From: Stramenopiles sp. TOSAG23-2
Taxonomy: Eukaryota
Assembly: GCA_900128395.1 (NCBI GenBank)
Contig: LT649250.1
Span: 1 to 60,466 of the forward strand
Length of the DNA stretch: 60,466 nt
Direction: 5' to 3'
Shown here: positions 54,738 to 60,466 of the stretch, piece by piece
Numbering within the stretch: position 1 is the first letter of the stretch
Layout: the number at the start of each line of letters is the position of its first letter
Translations under genes and position numbers: made by a program
Notes under the pieces: generated by a model
The model's database searches: none
Told to the model about the DNA's origin: nothing
Seen by the model: the letters and a program-made list of their open reading frames with translations, nothing else

Positions 54738-55383
54738 GTTTTATATCTTTTTAAAATTTGTTCATATATATATATATAATTCTTTCTATTGTTTCTTTTC
54801 TTATTATCCATCTTCTCTGTTTCTTTTTTCTTTCAAAATTATTTTTTTATTATTATTTAATTTTAAGTTTTATTTCAAACAACCATCATGCAGTTGCTCC
54901 ATCATCAATGGAATTAACGCGTAATATTTTCCGAGAATTAGCCGTAAATGTTTACCTAACCCTGTTTTGTGTGTGGAAATATCCGCGCCCGCATGGCCGA
55001 GCGGTGGAAACCAGATTAATTTTTTTTTTTTTCCCATTGTTATTAGTTCTGTAAATTTACAGCTGTTATGTGTGTGCCTAGAAAAAAAATGATATGGGCA
55101 ATACCATTAAAATCCGAGTTACCTTACACAGCAAGTGTTATTCATCTTTTTTCCTGAAGATTTAATGCAACACCCTACCAGCTAGATACAATCTTATAAG
55201 GTTTATGGTAAACTTTCGTATATTACCAAAAAATATATAAATAATAAAAAATACATGTAATAATAGACGACTATATTACATGTATATATCTAATATATAT
55301 ATCATTTGAAATACATAATCATAAATACTATATTCACGTATCATCATTATTATAATTTTTTACTTATACCAAAAGCAACCAAG

Positions 55384-56925
55384 ATGACTATGTATCAAAT
55401 GAAAAAGACAATGTTAATGTTGATTATTTATACAGCATGTTTAATCATTTGCTCATTAGCAAGTGAATCTCATAAAATTACATTTGCATTGAAAGAAAAA
55501 GATACAAATGTATTGAAAGATATGCTATTAAAAATTTCAGACCCTTCAAATAAAAAAATGTTTCGAAAATATTTAACCCATGAGGAAGTTGCGAAGCTGG
55601 TACAACCGGTAAATGGGGCTCACGAAAAAGTAATGAAATGGATACGTAAAAATTTTGAACAAACTACAATATCGATTAATAAACATGGCGACTTACTTTA
55701 TCTCACGACGGACATGGAAAAGATTGAAAATGTTTTTAAAGGTTCCACTGATACAAAAAATCCTATTAGTATAGTCCCATTGGAACTAAAGGATTATGTA
55801 TATGCAATACATAATGTTGTGGAAACATTGCCCAGAATGTCAAGTATAAAACGCAAGAATCTTAAAGGTCAATTTAAAGGCATTGATGTAAATCCACAAA
55901 TAATTTATAAGCAATATGGGATGGAAGATTCAGATGTAGGTGGGAAATCTTCGAAAAACGCTCAAGGCGTTGCCGCATTTGAAGATGCTGAATTTAAACA
56001 AGAGGATGTAAATGATTTCCAGAAATATTACAAACTTCCATCTGTTAACATTGGTGTTGTTGGTCCAAATAATGGTGGGTATTTTGGCGAAGCTGGGCTA
56101 GACACACAATACATTACCGCATCTGGGAGAAACGTTAAATCCTTTTTTATTTCTCAAGAAGAATTTAACTTACTTGATTGGTGTGAGGAAGTATTAAATA
56201 TGACGCAAATTCCACAAGTTTTATCTGTTAGTTGGGGTGGTGGAGAATCTCAATATCCAATTGCACATCAAACCTCGGCGAATAAATGTTTTCAAAAATT
56301 AGGATCCATGGGAGTATCTATATTTGCTGCTGCTGGAGATGATGGTACTGGCAAACAAGGTTTTTGGACGTGTAAGAAATTTGATCCAACATGGCCTGCA
56401 TCCTCGCCATGGGTGACTGCAGTAGGCGCAACATATATTAATACTTCAAATGTAGAAAATGGATGGGATTTTAGTGGAGGTGGATTCAGTTGTAATTTTG
56501 ATAGACCATCGTATCAAAATGATGTGATTGGATCGTATTTGAATTCAACTACAAATTTACCTGATTCATCACTATTTTGTAAAAATGGTAGAGGAACACC
56601 AGATATAAGTGCAGTAGGTACAAATTTTCTACTTTGTAGTGGTGGATGTAGTAATCAAGGAAGTTTAAGTGGCACTTCAGCTAGTACACCGACAGTTGCT
56701 GGTATGGTATCTGTTATTAATGATCTGTTACTTTCCCAAGGCAAGGCACCTGTAGGCTTTATAAATCCGGCACTTTATCAAAATTCTCATAAAGTAGGTT
56801 ACGATGTAGTGACAGGCAATAATAAACAAGGGTGCCCTAGTGGTTTTCCAGCTGTTAAAGGATGGGATGCAATGACTGGAGTTGGCACACCGCTTTTCAA
56901 TAATTTGAAAAGTATTTTAATGTAA
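55384..56925 (+). CDS. Sedolisin (S53) tripeptidyl-peptidase I-like protease, secreted
   Basis: Signal-like N-terminus, prodomain ISDPSN..KYLT, EAGLDTQY, AAGDDG, SGTSASTP and GWDAMTGVGTP. First ATG is at 55384. Confidence 0.92.
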   Translation: MTMYQMKKTMLMLIIYTACLIICSLASESHKITFALKEKDTNVLKDMLLKISDPSNKKMFRKYLTHEEVAKLVQPVNGAHEKVMKWIRKNFEQTTISINKHGDLLYLTTDMEKIENVFKGSTDTKNPISIVPLELKDYVYAIHNVVETLPRMSSIKRKNLKGQFKGIDVNPQIIYKQYGMEDSDVGGKSSKNAQGVAAFEDAEFKQEDVNDFQKYYKLPSVNIGVVGPNNGGYFGEAGLDTQYITASGRNVKSFFISQEEFNLLDWCEEVLNMTQIPQVLSVSWGGGESQYPIAHQTSANKCFQKLGSMGVSIFAAAGDDGTGKQGFWTCKKFDPTWPASSPWVTAVGATYINTSNVENGWDFSGGGFSCNFDRPSYQNDVIGSYLNSTTNLPDSSLFCKNGRGTPDISAVGTNFLLCSGGCSNQGSLSGTSASTPTVAGMVSVINDLLLSQGKAPVGFINPALYQNSHKVGYDVVTGNNKQGCPSGFPAVKGWDAMTGVGTPLFNNLKSILM

Positions 56926-57222
56926 CAGGAGAGAGAGAGAGAATGAAATGCACTAATATCAAATACGAATATATAACACATGTTATTGGAACGAACGCAA
57001 TTTTTACTATGGTCATATTATCATAATATGTTTAAAAAGAAAATTAAAAATAATACCCGACACGTAATGATTAAATACTCGTATATAATATTTTTTTTTA
57101 AATAAAAACCAAGGGGGGGGGGGGGGTGTAACGACACACAGTCTTTTTTTTATATTCGTACCCGTTCTTTTTCTTCCTCCCGCTTCTTTTCACATGTTTT
57201 AAGTTAATTTCTTTTTTTATTT

Positions 57223-60093
57223 TTATTCTTTCTTACTTTCATCTGCTGTTGTAATATCACCATCAACTTCTTGTTCTTCATCGTTCTCTTCCCCTCCTTT
57301 CTCATTATTATCACCATCAGCAGTTTCTTCCTTTTCATCCTCTGAATCTTCATCCAAAACAGCTAAACTTGCCTTTTCTTTCTCTCTAATTTTATTAATT
57401 TTCTTTTTTAATTTATCACTCCAGCCATATGTTTTTAATCTTTCTTGAAATTTTACTTCTTTTAAATGTTCTTCCAACATACCAGGTTTTGCCAACGAGA
57501 TCTTACGTGGTCCACTACCACCATACGGATTAGCAAGTACTCGTGTATCAAGATTATTGTACCAACCTGGTCCAGGAGATTGTGGAGATGTAGGAATTTC
57601 CGATAGACGTTCCAATCGCCTAATATTTGCAAATGTACCAACATTAACCATTTCCCCATTTAACACTGCTTTTCCGATTTCTTTACATGCCATATCAACG
57701 CCCGTTTGCAAATTTTTTATTGCTTGTCGCTTACGTTTATCTTTAGTGGCGTAAATTTTTTTAGGGTTTCTTTTATTTTCATTAAAGTTATTGCATTCCG
57801 AGCAAAATGTAAACTCAGCTGTTTTCGGTTCAAATTTTAAAGGAGTTTTACACACCCAGCAACCTTGTGGAGGAAGCTTTTTCCTTTTTTTCTTATCGAC
57901 GTATGGTATAGTACGCATTTCTTTATACACTTTGCCCATTTCTTCTTTCCATGCATCAATTTCAGCAAGTCTTGCTCGTGCTTGGATTTCGTCCCGTGCC
58001 AATGAAACATTCAAGTCTAAACGCCGTGTTTCTCCTGCATCGTGATATTTTATTGCATCGTTATATTGCGTTTTCGTTGCGATGTAATATTCTTTAACAA
58101 AAGCTTGAACTATTTTATTTACATGTTTTTGTATATGTTCAAAATTTAATTCCAATTCCTGGTGACCTTTTTCAAATTCTACTGTTATGTACGTTTTAAT
58201 TTCATTTAACAACGCATTTATTTCAATTCTATTACCTTCGCCATTTTTCAAAATATCTTGAAGTTCACCTAAATTTTCCTTAACATCTTCATCCATCATA
58301 GCTTTAAGACCATATGATTGGACATCTAAGTATCTATTAGTTTCTTGCAAAGCACCATATGCTTTTTCGCAGTCATCGTATCCTAAATCATGTTTGTACA
58401 ACTCTAAATTCTTAAGACTATCTTCAATCCATTGTAGATTAACTTTACGCGCTTCTCGATCATGTTGTACCCGTGCTCTCAATCTCATTAATCGACGTTC
58501 TAATTTATTTGCTGTGAAATATTGTTGTCCATACATCGTCCAAGCTTTTGCTTCTACACTATCTTTTGGTCCTGGAAAATTATTTTTAATCAGCATTTTA
58601 TCATTTTTCGGTTTTTCATGTTCCATATAATATGCATATGGATCTATTTTGACCGGTTCTATTCTATTCTTTTGCAAGACTGGGAAAACACCACTATAAT
58701 CGATTACACGTCTACCTACAACAGAATCTCTCATTTTCCCTAATTTATCGCCAGTTCCGTTCACTCTTTCCTTTTTTTGCGGTCGTAACTTTAGAATTTC
58801 TTGTTTATATTTTTTCGCCGTAAACGTTTTTCTAGGTATGAGCCCAATTAAACTCAATCTTTCATCTTCCGTTAAGGCCATAAATTCAATATTTTTTTTC
58901 TTCCTTTCAATTGTAACAGTACTACGTGGACTTGTATAATCTTCCTCCTCACTTTTTTCTTTGCCACTCGACTTTGCCTTTTTTAATGGTCGAACAGGTT
59001 TTGCCAATCTATCCCATCTGGCATTTGGTATTTTTGCCAATGGTAACATTTCAGCTTCTAAAATTCCCCCCGAAACATCTGGTATTGAATCCAAACCTAA
59101 ACCATGTTCACTAGCATTGCCAATGCTACCTCTGGAGTCTAAGTTGTGCCTTTCTATTTCTTTTCTCCGTTCCTTAGCACTTAACCAGGGTTTCTTTTCC
59201 AATTTCGGTTTGTTTACTTCTTTCATACGAGTTTTTTGCTCTGAACGTATCATTTCTAAGGCCAACTTAATTTTCGATCTTCGCTTTCTTTTTGCTATTT
59301 TATATGATTCTTTTAAATCTTGAATACGACGTTTGTAATGGTTACGAAAATCATCTCTTTCTTTCTTTCGTCGTTTTAAATCTTGTTCTTCAAAATACTC
59401 TTCAGAATGTTTTTCCTCCTCTGTTAAACACATCCGCATAAAAAATTCAGTTTCTTTTTCTATTCCTATCTGTTTTATTTTTCTTTCTTCCCATTGTCGA
59501 AAGCTTAAGTTTTTCTTCTTTCGATTTAAAATTTTTGACAAAAGTGGTGAAAAGATTTTCTTCTTCTTCTCCTCCTCCACTTCTTTCAGTTCTGCTACAG
59601 TTTTATTTTTTTCATTATTAGTTTCCTGGTCATTTTTTACATTATTTACATTGTTAATATCATCAGCATTTATATTGGTCTCATCGATCAATATTGTGTT
59701 GCTACTAGTATCGTTATTGTCATTGTTATTTGTGGCTGTTTTTGCCATTGCAGCTGCTTTAAGTGCTTGCAATGGCTTATGTTTTGCAGGGCGCTTTTTT
59801 TTCTTTATTATTTTCTTTTCATCACTTTGACTATCACTAGTATTACCAGCCTTTTCTGTGTCTTCACCATCTTTTTGTTCTGTTTTTGATATTCTCTCTT
59901 TATCCAGAACTTTCTTTTCCTGTTTGTTCAATTTCGCTTTTTTTTTGTTAGCAGCTTTTATTACAGCGATACGTGCTTTCTTTTTCTCCTTTTTTTTCAA
60001 TTTTTTCCTTTTTTTTGGTGATAACTTTCCAACAGAAGTTTGCTCTTCTTCTTTTAACTCTGTTACTATTTCTTTCACCAATGCTTTCTTCAT
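57223..60093 (-). CDS. K/E-rich coiled-coil protein with a CxxC..CxxC zinc ribbon and a PGPGxY motif
   Basis: 956-aa ORF with CWVC..CSEC and SPGPGWY (resembles a SHIPPO/STPG repeat). Confidence 0.7.
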   Translation of the reverse strand: MKKALVKEIVTELKEEEQTSVGKLSPKKRKKLKKKEKKKARIAVIKAANKKKAKLNKQEKKVLDKERISKTEQKDGEDTEKAGNTSDSQSDEKKIIKKKKRPAKHKPLQALKAAAMAKTATNNNDNNDTSSNTILIDETNINADDINNVNNVKNDQETNNEKNKTVAELKEVEEEKKKKIFSPLLSKILNRKKKNLSFRQWEERKIKQIGIEKETEFFMRMCLTEEEKHSEEYFEEQDLKRRKKERDDFRNHYKRRIQDLKESYKIAKRKRRSKIKLALEMIRSEQKTRMKEVNKPKLEKKPWLSAKERRKEIERHNLDSRGSIGNASEHGLGLDSIPDVSGGILEAEMLPLAKIPNARWDRLAKPVRPLKKAKSSGKEKSEEEDYTSPRSTVTIERKKKNIEFMALTEDERLSLIGLIPRKTFTAKKYKQEILKLRPQKKERVNGTGDKLGKMRDSVVGRRVIDYSGVFPVLQKNRIEPVKIDPYAYYMEHEKPKNDKMLIKNNFPGPKDSVEAKAWTMYGQQYFTANKLERRLMRLRARVQHDREARKVNLQWIEDSLKNLELYKHDLGYDDCEKAYGALQETNRYLDVQSYGLKAMMDEDVKENLGELQDILKNGEGNRIEINALLNEIKTYITVEFEKGHQELELNFEHIQKHVNKIVQAFVKEYYIATKTQYNDAIKYHDAGETRRLDLNVSLARDEIQARARLAEIDAWKEEMGKVYKEMRTIPYVDKKKRKKLPPQGCWVCKTPLKFEPKTAEFTFCSECNNFNENKRNPKKIYATKDKRKRQAIKNLQTGVDMACKEIGKAVLNGEMVNVGTFANIRRLERLSEIPTSPQSPGPGWYNNLDTRVLANPYGGSGPRKISLAKPGMLEEHLKEVKFQERLKTYGWSDKLKKKINKIREKEKASLAVLDEDSEDEKEETADGDNNEKGGEENDEEQEVDGDITTADESKKE

Positions 60094-60466
60094 AGTTTAA
60101 CAATAACTCTTTCTAATAATGAAGGAAAAGGATAAATAAAATTGTTTCTTGTAAGTTTCTCTTAATTATTCTAATTATTATTTACATAACATGATTTCTT
60201 ATAGGTTTGGAAAAATGTTAACTTATTTGTTTCAATATGTTTATATATGTATTGTTTTAATTGTTTTCTTCTATCCCGATACACATATGTATTTGTGTAT
60301 AATAGTTTTATTATTGTTGTATATGGCACTATGTAATTATTATTCCCTGCCCAGATGTTAATGTGTATAGGGGTTTCAAATGTATAAAGGAATCATAATG
60401 AAAATATATAGAAAATTAAGTAAATGAATAAAATTTATTTTAAGTATATATATCAGTACAAGTCTC

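Noticed and set aside
54986-55005. GCCCGCATGGCCGAGCGGT resembling a tRNA 5' end / Pol III A-box
   Set aside because: No anticodon arm, T-loop/B-box or acceptor-stem partner follows.

Overview
AT-rich, gene-dense, nearly intron-free eukaryotic DNA read with the standard code. It is probably a unicellular protist; the lineage is not determinable here. About 20 protein genes are supported: a histidine-phosphatase-like protein, a TPR protein, an FkbM methyltransferase, a cytochrome b5-domain protein, a ~5,200-aa single-exon HECT E3 ligase, an RluA-like/PrmC fusion, a PHD-ankyrin-SET protein, a U-box protein, CNOT10, cullin-4, a degenerate Cu/Zn-SOD, a TMEM41/VTT protein, an S53 peptidase and several coiled-coil or hypothetical proteins. 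The main discovery candidate is at 5737-9839. A 104-nt GT-AG intron joins two ORF-track entries into one ~1,332-aa protein combining a DCD (PUA-like) domain, an NYN/PRORP-like nuclease domain and a PCIF1/CAPAM-type adenine methyltransferase, a possible reader-nuclease-writer in one chain. Other notable signals are a TACGAA motif on the sense strand after most stop codons, two long foldback MITE-like elements (one nested in a second TIR element), a piggyBac relic, CpG-depleted relic tracts and several fresh tandem duplications. Domain calls come from motif recognition by eye, not from database searches.
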